Shown here one piece after another: positions 41,988 to 57,148 of a DNA stretch of 64,000 nucleotides. Within the stretch, counting starts at the first letter, position 1. Each line of letters opens with the position of its first letter. The stretch comes from the human T2T-CHM13v2.0 reference genome, Homo sapiens, in NCBI RefSeq assembly GCF_009914755.1, contig NC_060931.1. One strand, 5' to 3'. The position numbers and the translations under genes are program-made. The notes below the pieces were generated by a model. It was not told the DNA's origin and did no database searches. It was given only the letters and a program-made list of their open reading frames with translations.

Positions 41988-43027
41988 AAGAGGTGAACTT
42001 ACCATGAAGCTAATTAGGTTTAAGTTTCAGGATCTTTTACTTCGTAGAGTCCCTTACAAGGCTTTGATTATTCTCCTTTGGGACACAGGACCAGCAGCAA
42101 CTGTAGCCTCATGCCTAGGGGCTCCTCTTTAGCTGTCCCTGAAGATGATCGTGGTACTTCCATCAAGAATGCACTATCTCTGTATCCGCCTAGCTCCTAG
42201 CAGTAATTTCCTGTCCCTCTTGGACCACATGATGCATCCGGACTCAATCTTTAACCCAAGGATTTGCATGAGTGTTGCCCAGCTCCTGCTGGGTGTGACA
42301 TACTATGATCCAACTACATGGACGCTTCAGGGGTCAGGGACAGTGGTCCAAACAAATGAGATGTAAAGTTCTCCCCAGGCAAGAAACATGTTTTATGCAA
42401 AGTGAAGGAAATTACAGATGTGCTATTACATTACTAGTAACTGGTTTCAAAACTTTTTTTTTCAGCTTCACAGCTATCGATAGTAAATAAATTTTGAGCA
42501 AATATGTTAGAACAGGAGTCTTTTTCTGTAAAAAGCCAGATATTTAATACTTTACGCTTCCAACTCATGATCTCTTTCAACTCATCCATTGTTGCACACA
42601 AAAGCAGCCATAGATTATATGGATATGCCTGCGCTGCAAAAAACTTTATTTATAAAAACAAGCAGGCTGAATTTGGTCCATGGTTGGTACTCTGTCAAGT
42701 CTTATGCAAGAGGAAAAGACTCTTCCTATATAAAATATAAAACTGTCATGTAAAGAAGTGATGAATGAATACATGGCCACAATAGGTAGAAAAAAAGTAC
42801 CAAATAGGTATAATATATTGGACTGTTAATTAATAATAAACACAGCAAGTTATAATAGCAATAAGCTACTTGTCTAAATTTTGTGAAGTTTATGGCATTT
42901 TTTATTTGTTGTGATCTTTTCTCACACCAAATAAACATTCACTTTTAGACTTAATTTTGGATTGTTTTTCTTAATGAGAGCCGCTCCCAATTATAAGCTT
43001 CAGGCCACAAAACCTGGATTAGCCTTG
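41988..43027 (+). mobile_element. MER102/Charlie-type hAT element with nested MER58A (~42513-42705)
   Basis: Left end cttaccatgaagctaattaggtttaagtttcagg, right end ataagcttcaggccacaaaacctggatt; MER58-like aaactttatttataaaaacaagc inside. Confidence 0.55.
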
Positions 43028-43299
43028 CTTGGGGTGAGAAAATGATGCATCAATCAGAACAATAGAATTTTGTATATGAAGAAAACAAACAACTATCTAA
43101 GCGAATATATTCATTTTGCCAAACCACACTTAACGAAACAACTTTTGAACATATAGTGATCTTATCCATTTAAGAAAACTAAAGCCAAGCAACTTCAAAA
43201 AAACACAAAAACACTAAGATAGGTGGGTAATGACAATGAGTGTATCTGGAAGGAGGAGAGTCTTCTATATTCAATGTTTTAAGAATCCTTCATATAACA

Positions 43300-43466
<167 letters not shown>

Positions 43467-44162
43467 TAAATGCTTGCTGTAATGGGGTGCTCACAACCTG
43501 AAGGAAAAACTATTTTACTGTTTAAGCAGTAAGAATATCTTACTGTTAGAAAATTTTAAATAGTTAATCTAAACCTGTTTTCCTGGCAATTGCCACCCAC
43601 ACGTTTTGTATTTTTTATTCTTTCATTCAAGTATCTGTTGAGCATTTGTTATGTGGCAGGCATAATGCCAGGTACTATAGCTATAATAATGCAAAACCGA
43701 AGGTATATACCACATCCTCCAGTTACAGCATACTTACTTCTGTGTAGTGGCAGCAACATTTTCGCTTCCACAGCGATGTTCCACTAAAACTCTACTTGTC
43801 ACATCATCTCTTTTTAAGGTAAAATTTATTTTGATCATTCCTCATCTGACCTGGTTTATGAATCCCTTTATTAGTCTGGTCACCCTTGTTAAAATGAAGT
43901 CAATATTTTACATGTGTTCTGATCAGCAGTGCAAAATATTGGGAAAATAATGTTTCTGATCATAAAAAGAAATGTGCAGCCTCATTGTCATCTACCACAT
44001 GATATGCTGAAGTCACATGGGACTGTCTTAGAAGTCATTAACCTCTCTCATATCCTGATCCTTTATGTCGAAATCCATGCTCCCAAAAGTGAAGTACCCT
44101 CTCTGACTCTCCTTTCACTTGGTCACTGTTCAAACTTCAGCTATGATGTTGCCTATGGGAAC

Positions 44163-44613
44163 TGTGAAGTCCTAATCTGGGAGGGAAGTCAGGCTGGCGA
44201 GATGACCCAAGGAAAGCAAAAAGAGAAAGCAGTAAGCTGTAAGTCTGCCTTTCTTCATGGTCCAGGACACATAGCCCTTCTGTGCAAATAACTCATGATC
44301 TTCCTGAGCTCAGCTATCAGCAGACCCTTGGCTGACAGAAAAATTCAAGTTAGCTCACTGCAACCTTGTTATCAGTATGGCACAAAGCCCTCTTCAGTAC
44401 AGAGCACAAGCACCATTCTATAAAATCTCCAGCAAGCCTTTGTATCCTGGCAGTCAGCTCCTCTCTTGCTGACCTGTCTGTTGCACCCTTGCAACATATT
44501 TTCATACTGTCTCTAAGAAATCTGCCTTTCTGTAGTTACAACTGTCTTGGTAAATTCTTTTTACCACCCAAGCCACCAGCCAGATAGTCACTAGTCACTG
44601 CTCACCTGTGACA
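44163..44613 (+). mobile_element. Intact solo LTR (LTR47A-like, ERVL), 451 bp
   Basis: TG...CA termini; perfect 5-bp TSD ggaac (44158-44162, 44614-44618); TATAAAA at 44419. Confidence 0.85.
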
Positions 44614-45383
44614 GGAACCTCCCAACCCACCTTTCCCTCAGTCTGTGACAAAGGCCTATCCATTGAGTTCCCATAGTGCCTAGGCACCTTCATTATACCA
44701 GTTACTGTATTATAATCTGTTCACTTAGGTCTTCTCAGCAGACTGTCAACTCCTTGAAGATAGGGCCCTGTCTTATTTCTATACTCACCTAGCACAAAAT
44801 ATATGGTTACCCCCAAACCTGTTTCCCAACAACCAGTTTATCATATAAGAATTAAAATCAGTTCAGTAACGTGTTTGATCTATTTAACTAAACCAGGGTA
44901 AAGGGGTAACACACTTTACAATGACTTCTATCAAAACCATTATTTAAATCATTAATTCAAATCTTCAGAATCTTAAAATTATCCAAAATTACTCGAATAT
45001 TTTGGTCATCAAGAAAAATACACACTCATTAAATAAAGCACAGTTCAGCTATACAAATAGGATACCATACAGCTGCAAAAAAAAAAAAAAAAAAGTTGTT
45101 ATTCAAGTAATGATAAGATGAACAAGATACACTGTTATCTGAATAAAAGGCAAGATGTAAAAGTAAGGGTAGCATATACTAACGTCTGTACACAATACCA
45201 CAAACAAGAATAAATAACTTACATTTGCCTATGTATGCACAGAACCTTCTGAAGAACAGACAAAACTAGTAACAGTTGTTTAAAGGTTCTGTGTGTGGAC
45301 AGGTATTTTGTTGGAGAAGAAATGACTAGGCAAATGAAGGACTGGATAAATGAGAAACATCACTTTCTTTTCACACTGTGGGA

Positions 45384-45532
45384 TTTTTTTTTTTTTTTTT
45401 TGAGATGGAGTCTCATTCTCTCGCCCAGGCTGGAGTACAGTGGCACAATCTTGGCTCACTGCAAGCTCCGCCTCCTGGGTTCATGCCATTCTCCTGCCTC
45501 AGCCTCCTGGTAGCTGGGACTACAGGTGCCTG
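45384..45532 (-). mobile_element. 5'-truncated Alu (Y/Sc-like) with long TSD
   Basis: Right monomer only; TSD cacactgtgggattttt on both sides. Confidence 0.92.
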
Positions 45533-46378
45533 CACACTGTGGGATTTTTAAACCATGTGGATGTATTGGCTTTCCAAAAATTAAAAATTGATTTAAAATA
45601 TATACACGTTAAAAAAAAAAGACCTACTCAAATCACATTATGGTGCAAGTCTGAAACAAACAAACAAAAATAACCTTTCTGACCTAGAAACAGTAACCTA
45701 GCAAGAATTTTGAGTAGCTCTTTAGCTTCCCCCTAAAAAATTAAAAATAAACATTGCTGAATAACATACTACAGTGCCTAGGGGCTTAAACTAATAAAAA
45801 GCAAACTCTGGCTACTATAGGGAGATAGCCAGTCTATAATGAACAACAAAGTCTTTGATTTCTTTTACAAACTTACTCTTGCAGTCTTTCAAACTCTTAA
45901 ACATGATTAATAAAAATAAGCAAATTAAAATTTTTTGTCTTCCATATTTGTTATTCTATATTCAGCAATTCAATGATCTAATAAGCATTTAAGGACAGTC
46001 ACAGGGATGTACATATACTTTATATAAATAAGCACTTTTAGTTTGCTTGACTTTGACATGTACAATCAAGGTGGGCAAAAAACGTGCAAAAGGTAGGTTA
46101 CTTTGAGAGCCATTTTATTTAAATATGAGCTTTTGAAGGCATAAGGTAAAGGTAAGGGCTTTGTAACAAGTAACAGTTTAAATTCAACATACAACCTAAG
46201 GACTTAAAGTACAACATTTGAGACTCTCATGTACATTACACACAAGAGCTAGATAGCATCCACCCCAAAAAACAAACAAACGAACAACAACAACAAAAAA
46301 CCCCACCAAAGAATCCAAGAACCTTTCTCAAGTTTTGTTTTTAAGATTTACATTTTATTCACAATTTAAGAGACTTAA

Positions 46379-46608
46379 GGCTGGGTGTGGTGGCTCACAT
46401 CTGTAATTTCAGCACTTTGGGAGGCCAAGGAGAGTGGATCACCTGAGGACCAGCATGTCCAACATGATGAAACCCTGTCGCTACTAAAAACACAAAATTT
46501 GGTCAGGCGTGGTGGCGGGCGCCTGTAGTCCCAGTCCCAGCTACTCAGGAGGCTGAGGCAAGAGAAATGCTTGAACCCAGGAGACAGAGGCTGCAGTGAG
46601 CTGCGATT
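46379..46608 (+). mobile_element. Alu, internally deleted and 3'-truncated
   Basis: ggctgggtgtggtggctcac...ctgcagtgagctgcgatt, no tail. Confidence 0.88.
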
Positions 46609-46808
46609 GAGATTTAATAAATGTTCTCTATTTTTTAGAATGTATAAATTAATTGGGAATGATTTCACTTTGAGTCCACACAGATCTTTTACACTGTTAC
46701 TGTCCTCTCTAGGTAAGCTCCAAAGCTGGGTGGCTTTGGGGGTGGGGGCAGGGGCAGGCGGGAGGGTACTGTTAGTTTCTGGACTCATCTTGCTTTTGCT
46801 CTCTGGAG

Positions 46809-46967
46809 CTGTACTGTTTAATAAGGTCACCACTAGCCACAATGGCTATTCAAATATGTTAAAAATGTTGTCTCTCAAAGTCACACCTGCTACATTTCAA
46901 GTGCGCAATAATCACAGATGTCTACCATATTGGACAGCATCATAAAAAGTTCTATTGGACAATAATG
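46809..46967. mobile_element. MER3-like hAT DNA transposon
   Basis: ccactagccacaatggctatt, aaagttctattggac; flanks ctctggag / ctctggaa. Confidence 0.65.
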
Positions 46968-47270
46968 CTCTGGAAAGTCCTAGGGATAATCTCATGCAAA
47001 TAATTTATTAGAACAAGATATGGAATTTATAAGGTCAACAGAAGGTCAAAGTTGGGATAACTACACAAAGGAATGTTCCTAATAAAAATAATTTAAAGAA
47101 TCGTATTTATTCACAAAATGTCTGGCTAACCTAGAGACTAAATCTGAACAGGGTATTAATTCAATTAACAATTATTTATTATCTTAATCATCTTAGATGA
47201 TTAAAAGAAGGTCTCTGTCTCCAAGATGTTAATAACCTAAAAAGGAGATATGTTTAGAAAAATAATTGTA

Positions 47271-47565
47271 GGCTGGCCATGGTGGCTCACGCCTGTAATC
47301 CTAGCACATTGGGAGGCTGAGGCAGGTAGATCACTTGAGGCCAGGAGTTCAACACCAGCGTGGCCAACATGGCGAAACCCCACGCCTCTATTAAAAATAC
47401 AAAAATCAGCCAGGCGTGGTGGTGTGTGACTGCAATCCCAGAGGTATGAGAATTGCTTGAACCTGGGAGGCAGAGGTTGCAGTGAGCCAAGATCGCCACT
47501 GCACTCCAGCCTGGGTGACAGAGGGAGACTCTGTCTCAAAAAATAACAACAAAAATAATAATAAT
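47271..47565 (+). mobile_element. AluS
   Basis: Dimeric Alu with small deletion in right arm. Confidence 0.92.
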
Positions 47566-48299
47566 TATAACAAAGTATAAGTACCAAAATGAAAGCAAGA
47601 ATAAAAATGTTCTGGGAAGGCTAAGAAGGGAGCCCTGAATGCTAACTGGACACAAGTGAGGGCAAAGAATCAGGAATGTCCCAGGGAAGAATAGTGTTAT
47701 GACTGAAAGCACAGACTCTGGGAATAGATTCCACCACTTATTAGCAATGTGGTTTTAAGCAATTACTGAACTACCCTATCCCTGTTTTCCCATCTATAAA
47801 ATGGGACTAACTTTATTTAGTTAATACATGTAAAGTTCCTTATTATAGGGTTAATACACATAAAGTACTTAGAACACTGGCATTGTATGCATTATTAAAT
47901 GCTAATTATGATATTATCAGATGTATCATTGCAACATTTCTAATCAGATCATTTTAAGGCTCTATTACTAGCCAACAGAAGCTAGTAATGAAAAGACTAA
48001 TATTTCTTTTATTTTCAGTATGTTGGTCAATTAAAGAGAATCTGAAAAAAGCCCAGGCTTCCAAAAATAAGAAAGATAACATTCACACCTTTACTATGTG
48101 CAAATCTCAGATTGGAGCTGTAACTAAAAAAACACTTCAATACAGTAGAGAGTAAATATTTTGAACGATGGCATCTAAAGCAAGTTTAGGTCAGTGAAAA
48201 ACCAAATTAATAATCATGTAGTACATTTTAATAGGATTTTTGCTGGCTTGTATACATATGACAAACCTACCTTGCCAGTACCACCCATTCCCCAACCCC

Positions 48300-48643
48300 A
48301 ATACTTCCAGTGTTAGAGACTCATTGCCTCTCTCCAGGGACAAGCACTTGTGCTAAGCTCAATCAATTAAATTAAGATTCTCTCCCAGGAATTTAGAATT
48401 CTAAACTGGGACCCAGGACTGATGGGTTTAGTAAGGAAGGAGAGGCTTGGAGTTCAGAAAAGTTCCAATAACTCCTGCTGTTTTTCTCAGAGCTTCCCAG
48501 CTTCCTGCTGTTCCTGAAACTTCCTTGTTCAATTCTGCTTTGGATTCCATGGGATCCTCTGGTAGCCAAAAAATTCCTTTTTGGTTGAGCCAGCCAGAAT
48601 TAGTTCATTTTATTTGTACAAAAGAAGCTTAGCTAACAATACA
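48300..48643 (+). mobile_element. Old MaLR/MLT1-like LTR remnant
   Basis: aaattcctttttggttgagccagccagaattag...ctaacaataca terminus. Confidence 0.45.
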
Positions 48644-49634
48644 CTTCTAAAAGATTGTGTATATTCTCATATCTCTGAAATCTTAATGAAATTCAATGAG
48701 AAATGACACACTTTTTCATTATATGTATATGCTGTTATATACAAGTATATAAGCGAGATCTCAAATTTATACCTTGCTTTGGCCTGAAGTATTGTAATAG
48801 CTCCCCCTTCCCAAGAGGAGACACTGCCTCTACTTTATTCTTTCGTAAGTGCTTGCCAGTTATCTTTTAGGACACAGATCAATATTTGAAAACGTAACAG
48901 GTTCCTATTTGATAAAAATAAAGTCCAAACTCTTCTTCAAGAATTCAAGCTATTTCTTAGTCTGGGGCAATCAACACTTTGACACTATCTTGTTATGAAC
49001 CCAATATATATCAGAGATAGCAGCCAATTAATCTGCAGACCCCCAAACATATCATACTTCTCAGCTTATAGTGTTCACTCTGCTGAAACATAATGTTGAA
49101 AACTTTTCAAACTCCATATATGTAGAGTTCAAATGTCACACTTGATCAAGTTTTTTCAATTTCCTCAAGCAAATATTTCTCCCTTTCTGTATTCTCATAA
49201 TATTTCATTTATACATCCAATAAAGCACTTATTGAATGACTTATAAGTTCCCATGTAGGGTTTGCTTCACCAAAACACTGTTCACCCTCTAAAGACAAGG
49301 GCCACATGCTCTTGAACTGTTATTACCTTTAGCCTCCAACACAGTATTTTATATGCGTTTTGCATTTATTCATTTGCCGGATTGAACTGAGAGGGGTGCC
49401 TTTCTTAGAATCGTATTGATTACTGCTGTGCTATCAAAATTGTCTTAAACAATTTTTCAGAACATTACAAACTGCTAATCTGTGGTATTGAAATTATTTT
49501 TAGAAGAATGATGACACTTTTCTTCTTGGCACTTCATAACTAATCATAAACATTTATATGACATGGTGAAAAACCTCAGTTAATGCATCCCCCTTCATAC
49601 TGTTTTAAATGCCACAACAATTTGCTTCTACAAC

Positions 49635-49844
49635 AGCTTCCCCAATAGAAGGAAGTGGTGAGAGTTTGGGGGCAAAAAAAAGCATACCAAAGTCAACATA
49701 CATTTTTAAAAAGAATGTACTTTTCCCACTAATTCTCAAAGCTTCCCCAATAGAAGGAAGTAGTGAGAGTTCTGAGGCAAAAAACAGCATACTAAAGTCA
49801 ACATACATTTTTAAAAAGAATGTACTTTTCCCACTAATTTTCAA
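49635..49844. repeat. 105-bp tandem duplication (2 copies)
   Basis: agcttccccaatagaaggaag...ccactaatt at 49635 and 49740. Confidence 0.93.
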
Positions 49845-51319
49845 AGTACAACAAGGCTGTAAGTCAGATGAGCATAGAAGCACGAAATAATTTTCAGTAC
49901 ATTTGGTTAACTGAACAATTTTGTGGTTTTCAAGACGGTCTTAAAAACAGATGGTGTTCTATCTTTTACACATTATTGTGGTACACAAACTGTATGTAAA
50001 TTTAATGTTCTATTAAATTACTCAATAAATATTAAGTATGCTCATCACTACTGTGCTATGAAAATACGGAACAGACTTTTAAACTCAAGATGCTAATAAT
50101 CTGTTTTTTTTAAAAAAGGAGGGATATAATTTGAAAACTGTAAAGCTATGTATGCAAAGATAAAAATTAAAACACATGTAATTTTACACAGAATTTATGC
50201 CTCTGAAACCTATTTCTATTTTAATTTACATTAGGTTATATTTAAAAAAAAACAATTTCTTGAAATATGTTTTTTTCCTCATTAGAATCCCAAATAAAAA
50301 TATTAATATAACAACTGTCTAGAACTGATACTTGTATCAGGCAGAGTGCTAAGAACTTTACTTGTATTTTCTTATTTAATATCAATCCTAGAAGGAACTA
50401 AGTTCATACATGAGGAAATTAAAATTGAGCTAGATTTAGTAACTTGCCCGTTGTCACAGAGGTAGAAACTCAAAGAACAGGGTTATAAATTTAGATCTGC
50501 TTTACTGCAGACCCCATGCTGTGAACCATGTGTCTCAGTGCAGAAAACATTTAAATTAAATGTCCCACTGGCTTCTGGAAGGGGGAGGTGGGATTTCAAT
50601 TCCTTCCCTAAACTAAAAATTTTTATTCAACACTAAGTCTGTAAGAATCCCTAACAGTTAATTTTGGTCACAAGAAAAGAAGATAAACAGATCAGTGTTT
50701 TAAGCAAACATAAGTTCACTGTTAAATATTACCTAGAGATCTAAAGCATATTTTTTAAAGGTCTTGCAAAGCCAGTATTAACTCTGTTAATGTTACAGAC
50801 CAGTATTTAGATCAATATTCTTCATGCATATGAATGTGAAAAATCATTCTAATTACAATCATATCAATAATATATTATATAAGGATGGAAAAACAAATGA
50901 ATGGGACAGGTCAGACTCCAGAAATAGACCCAAACATATAAGGTCAATTATTATTAAAAAGGGTTCCAAGTCAATTCAATGACAAAAGATAAGGCTTTTT
51001 TACCAAATGGTGCTGTATCAAATTAACTACATAGGGAAAAAATGAAACTGTAAAGAAAAAATTCATATGATCATCTCATATGACCTTTTTTGCACTTTAT
51101 ATAACACAAAAAATTTGAGATGGATCATAAACCTCAAGTTAGAATCACAAAGCTCCTAGAAGCAGCAGAAGACTGTGACTGTGACCCCTTGGCATAGGCC
51201 AAGATTTCTCAAACCACAAATACATGTGCTAGAAAAGGTTAAAGAAAAAAAAAAGATACATTAGCCTCACCAAAACTAAAAAATCCTGCCCATCAAAAAA
51301 CATCATTAAAAATTAATTA

Positions 51320-51621
<302 letters not shown>

Positions 51622-52087
51622 TTAGGCAAGCTACAGACTGGGAGAAAATATCTGAAGTACGTATCTCTAACAATAATCTTGTGTCCAGAATATATATAAC
51701 ATCCCTACAAATCATTAATAAAGAGCAATCAACCCACTAAATCTATGGGCAAAAGACCTGAAGTGCTACACAAAAAACAAAGATACATGAATGGCCAATA
51801 AGCACTGAAAGGGTGAAAGAATACCATTAGTCATCAAGGAAATATAATGAAAAGCCACACTGAGATGCCATTTCATATCCACCAAAATGACCAAAAACAA
51901 AAGGACTGACCACATAAAATACTGGAGATGTGGAGCAATGGGAAGTCTCATACATAGCTGGTGGAAGTGCAAAGATTGCACAACCACTTGGAGAACTATC
52001 TGAAAGTTTCTTATAAAAATAAACATACATCTTTCCAGTGACAATGTAATTCCTGAGCTATTTGCCCAAAAGAAATAAAAATATGTG

Positions 52088-52088
<1 letters not shown>

Positions 52089-52128
<40 letters not shown>
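52089..52128. repeat. (CA)~19 microsatellite
   Basis: Perfect cacaca run. Confidence 0.95.
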
Positions 52129-52132
<4 letters not shown>

Positions 52133-53304
52133 TATACAAGAACACAGGAGCCTTATTCATAATAGTCAAAAACGGGAAACTCAAATATCCATTAACAGAA
52201 GAACAGACAAACAAATTGTGGTAAATTCATGGTAAACACTGACCAGTTGACTAATAAAAAAAGAATGAACATGTGTACAATAACAGAGATGAATCTCAAA
52301 AACGTATATACTGAGTGAAGAGGACAAAACAGACAAAACTAAGCCATCATGACAGAAATCAGAAAGTGATTGCAAAGGGTGGATGAAGATAGGAGAGAGG
52401 CAGGAATTAGAAAGGAACCAACTGGTTAGACTCCCAATGGAACTTTTTGAGGTATTACAAACATTCTAAACTTTATTTTGGGGGTATGGTCATACTCTGT
52501 ATCATTTGTCAAAATTCATCAAAGTTAATATTTAAGATCTGTGTATTTTATTATACATAAATTATACCGTAATTTCTTAAGTGAAAAAAAGAATCTTAAG
52601 ATGAAGCGTTAATGCAAACCACCAAAAACACTAACGACTTCTTATGTTTGACGCACTTCATTTCATGGTAGCTAGATAAATTGGAAAGAAAGCTCTTATA
52701 AACAATAAACATTAATGTAACCTTACTTGCTTTATTTGAAAAGAAATGTACCTCACTTTACAAGGGAGACAAGAAAGCTTAATTGTAAAATATACTGCTG
52801 TATTCATCATCTCAGGCATCCACTTTCATTTTCAAAGTGAGATGTCTCTAAGACTCTTACAAAAAGCATGGACAGCATTCAGAAAGATCACATTTTAAAA
52901 TTCAGAGCATTTTACAGAATGAAATACAAAAAAATAAAAAAACTCACATTTGTTTAACATTACCTGGGGACTGGGCACTTTCAAGAACTACAAAGAAAAC
53001 ACTAGACTGTCATTATAAAAGGTACAGATTATTGGAAAATGCAATTTGGCAAGGCAAAAATTAAATTTAAAACTGAGCAAACTTATTTCTTAGAAATTGT
53101 CATAAAAGAATAGATCAAGTCTGGTGAAGACAGATGAAGAGCATGTGTGTGTGGCCTGCTATATTAGGGAGTAAAAAGGTAGAAAGGGAAAACAACAACC
53201 CAACAACTGTCCATCTCTAGGAAATTGCTGATTCCATAAATGTGTCCACTGATAATGGTATATATCTACTGACAAGAAACAAGGTCCAATAAAACATTAA
53301 TGTC

Positions 53305-53643
<339 letters not shown>

Positions 53644-53837
53644 AAACCATTAATGTCTGTGCCTGTGGGTGTGTGTTTGCTGAGAGTAAGTACATACATG
53701 TGTACTTCTTCAATAATTCATGTAAGACAAAACCTAGGAGGATTTGGACAAAAATGTTAATAAGTGTTATTTCTGGGTGGTAAGGTTTATAGATGATTTG
53801 CACTGTCGTCATTATTACTCTGTGAACTGCCTATGTC

Positions 53838-54137
53838 TACAGTATCTGTTGGAAATATAATGCAAGCCAATAACCAATTTCAATTATTTTGTAGCCAACT
53901 TGTAAATCAAAAGTGAAATTAATTTCAATAAATTTTATATACTGAATATATTAAAATTCTACCATTTCAACATGTAATCAATATTAAATGAAATAGTTTA
54001 CATTTTTTTTTGCACTAAGTCTTAGAAATCCAGTGTGTATTTCACACTTACTCAACATCTCAATTTGAATTAATTACATTTCAATTGCTCAATAGCTCAT
54101 GTGGCTAATGGCTACCAAGTACCATACTGGACAGTGA
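53838..54137. mobile_element. MER33-like hAT DNA transposon
   Basis: gaaatataatgcaagcca...gaaatccagtgtgtattt...tgtggctaatggctacc...tggacagtg. Confidence 0.7.
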
Positions 54138-55534
54138 AGGACTAAGTCTTTAATAATCAGCACTATATTTTTAATGAGTAAGACACAGTATTTTTTAAGT
54201 AAGTCACCTGACTGCTATCAGAGCTTTTTTCAAAGTCTCGCAGCTGTGTATTACATAATGTTTTAGATTACTCCAAACTGTTCCTAGCATTCCATGGAAG
54301 ATTCTTGTTTTTGGAAATGAACAGGTTGATGTAAAGTTATGGAATAAAGAGATACAACAACATAAAAATCAATCTACAATGTAGCACTAAAATAAGTCTT
54401 CCTACAGATACGTATGTGGGTGTACACATGAAGCCAATTTCTAATTTCCAGATTTTCTAACAGTGAATTTCTGACAGTTAAATTCAATAGTTACGACTAT
54501 TCTATGAGCATTACTTTGAGCTCCCTTAATATGAGATTGTGATAATTCGGTGTATGTTTAATCAAATAAAGTTAAAAGCTTCTCAAACTTTCTTAGGTCT
54601 TTCTCAAAAATAGGAAAAAAATAATAATTAGGAGCATGAAACAAGGCTCAAAAAATTAAGAATTCATTCTGTGTGCCTTCAATAAACCTAAAAATTCCTA
54701 TTGGAGGAATTTTCTCTCCAGTGGAAGAAAAAAGTTAAGAATTATATTGGACTTCTCTTCAGAAATCATGCAAACAAGGAGAGAGTATAGTGAAAGAGTT
54801 GAGTGAAATATTTAAAGTGTTGAAAGAAAAAAATACAACAACCTAACATTCTGTATCCAGCAAAATTATCCTTCAAACATTTTCGAAAGAGAAATAATTT
54901 TTCAACTGAAAATTGAAGAAATTTGTTACTGATACGCCTAGCAAAAAATGTTTAAAGTTCTTTAGAGAAAATGATAGAGGTCAGAAACTTGAATACACAT
55001 ACATACAGAAAAAATATTGTTAGAGAACGAATAAATGGTGAATAATTTTTTTCTTTTTAATTGATCTCATAGAAAATAGTTTGATTAAAATAACAGTAGA
55101 CACAATGTATTCAGTTATTATAGCTTTTAGATAAATAAAATTAATGACAGTGGGGAGGGATGGGAGGAAGAAAATGGGAATATTGTGTTCTAAAGTACTC
55201 CACTATTCACAAAGCACTAGAGTATAATTCGATACTAGATTGAGATTAGTTGTACATACATATTGCAAACTACAGGGCAACCACTTAAAAAATTGTAAAC
55301 ATAAGTATAACTGCTGTTAGAAAAAGAGAGACAATGGAATCACATAAAATGCTCAATTAAAACCAAAGAATGGGAGAAAAAGAAAAGACTAAGGACAACA
55401 AAAACAGTTACAGTTGATATTAATCCAACTGCCAATAATCGTATGTGAATGGTCTAAATACACCAATTAAAAGAAGACTGTCAGAATGGGTTAAAAAATA
55501 ACAACCCGACTCTATATAGTCTACAAGAAACCTA

Positions 55535-55757
55535 TTTTATTTATTTCCAATTTTTATTTTAGGTTCAGGGAGTACATGTGCAGGTTTGTTATACGGGTAA
55601 ATTGCATGTCACAGGGGTTTGGTGTACAGGTAATTGTCGCCCAGGTAATCAGCATAGTATCCCACTGGTAGTTTTTAAATCTTCATCCTTCTCCTACCCC
55701 CCACCCTCAAGTAGGCCTGGGTGTCTGTTGTTGTCTTGTGTCCATGTGTACTCAATG
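55535..55757 (-). mobile_element. Short L1PA/PB-type 3' fragment inserted in the older L1, sense to WASL
   Basis: gtacatgtgcaggtttgttat L1P 3' motif; TSD aagaaacctatttt / aagacacccatttt. Confidence 0.78.
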
Positions 55758-56790
55758 AAGACACCCATTTTAAATATAAAAACACACAGATAAATTAAAA
55801 GCAAAGGGATAGAGAAAGACAGACCCTGATAACACTAACTGAAAGAAAGCTGGAGCAGCTATATTAATTTCAGGCAAAGTATGCTTCAGAGTAAGTATGT
55901 ATACACACACATATATACATACATACATATATATATGCACACATATATACCAAGGATAAAAAGGGACACTACATAATGATAAAAGGGTCAATTATACAAA
56001 AAGACATAACAATCTGTAATATGTATGCAGCTAACAATACAGGTCAAAATACATGAGGCAAAAGCCCACATAACTACAAGGACAAATATAGATAGATCCT
56101 CTATTTTACTTAGAGACTTCAACACTCCTCTATCAGTGATTGACAAGTGGGCAAAAAATCAGGAAGGATAGAACTGAACTGCACAGCACCAATCAACTGG
56201 ATCTAGTTGACATTTATAGAATGCAGCATCTAACAACAGTACAATACACATTCTTCTCAAACACATATGGAACGATCACCAAGAGAGACCACATTTTGGG
56301 CCATAAAACACACCTTAACAAATTTAAAAGAATAGAAATCACACAAAGTATGCTCTCAGACCATAATGGAATGAAACTATAAATCAGTAACAGACAGGAA
56401 AATTCGTAAATATTTCTAAACATACTTCTAAATAATTCATGAGTCAAAGGAGTCTCAAGAGAAATTTTAAAATATTCTAAACTAAATGAAGATGAAAATG
56501 TAACTCATGAAAATGAGTACAATGCAGGAAAAGCAGAAATGTGCTAGAAAAGAAAAAGGATTTAAAATCAATAACCTAAGTATCTAACTTACGAAACTAG
56601 AAAAGGAAGATCAAATTAAACCCAAAGTTAGCAGATGAAAAGAAAAAAAGAATTATAGCAGAAATCAATGCAACTGAAAATAGGAAATCAACAGAGAAAT
56701 GAAAGTCAATAAAACTGACAAGCTTCTAACCAGCTTAACCAAGAAAAAAAGAGAAAAGACACAAATTACTAACATAAAAACAGAAAAGGC

Positions 56791-57148
<358 letters not shown>

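Noticed and set aside
49605-49890. Repeat-containing ORFs on both strands
   Set aside because: Explained by the 105-bp DNA duplication; no splice or expression evidence in the sequence.
56140-56382. ORF with L1 endonuclease-like peptide
   Set aside because: Fragment of a dead L1 ORF2 with frameshifts, stops and nested Alu/L1 insertions; not an active element.
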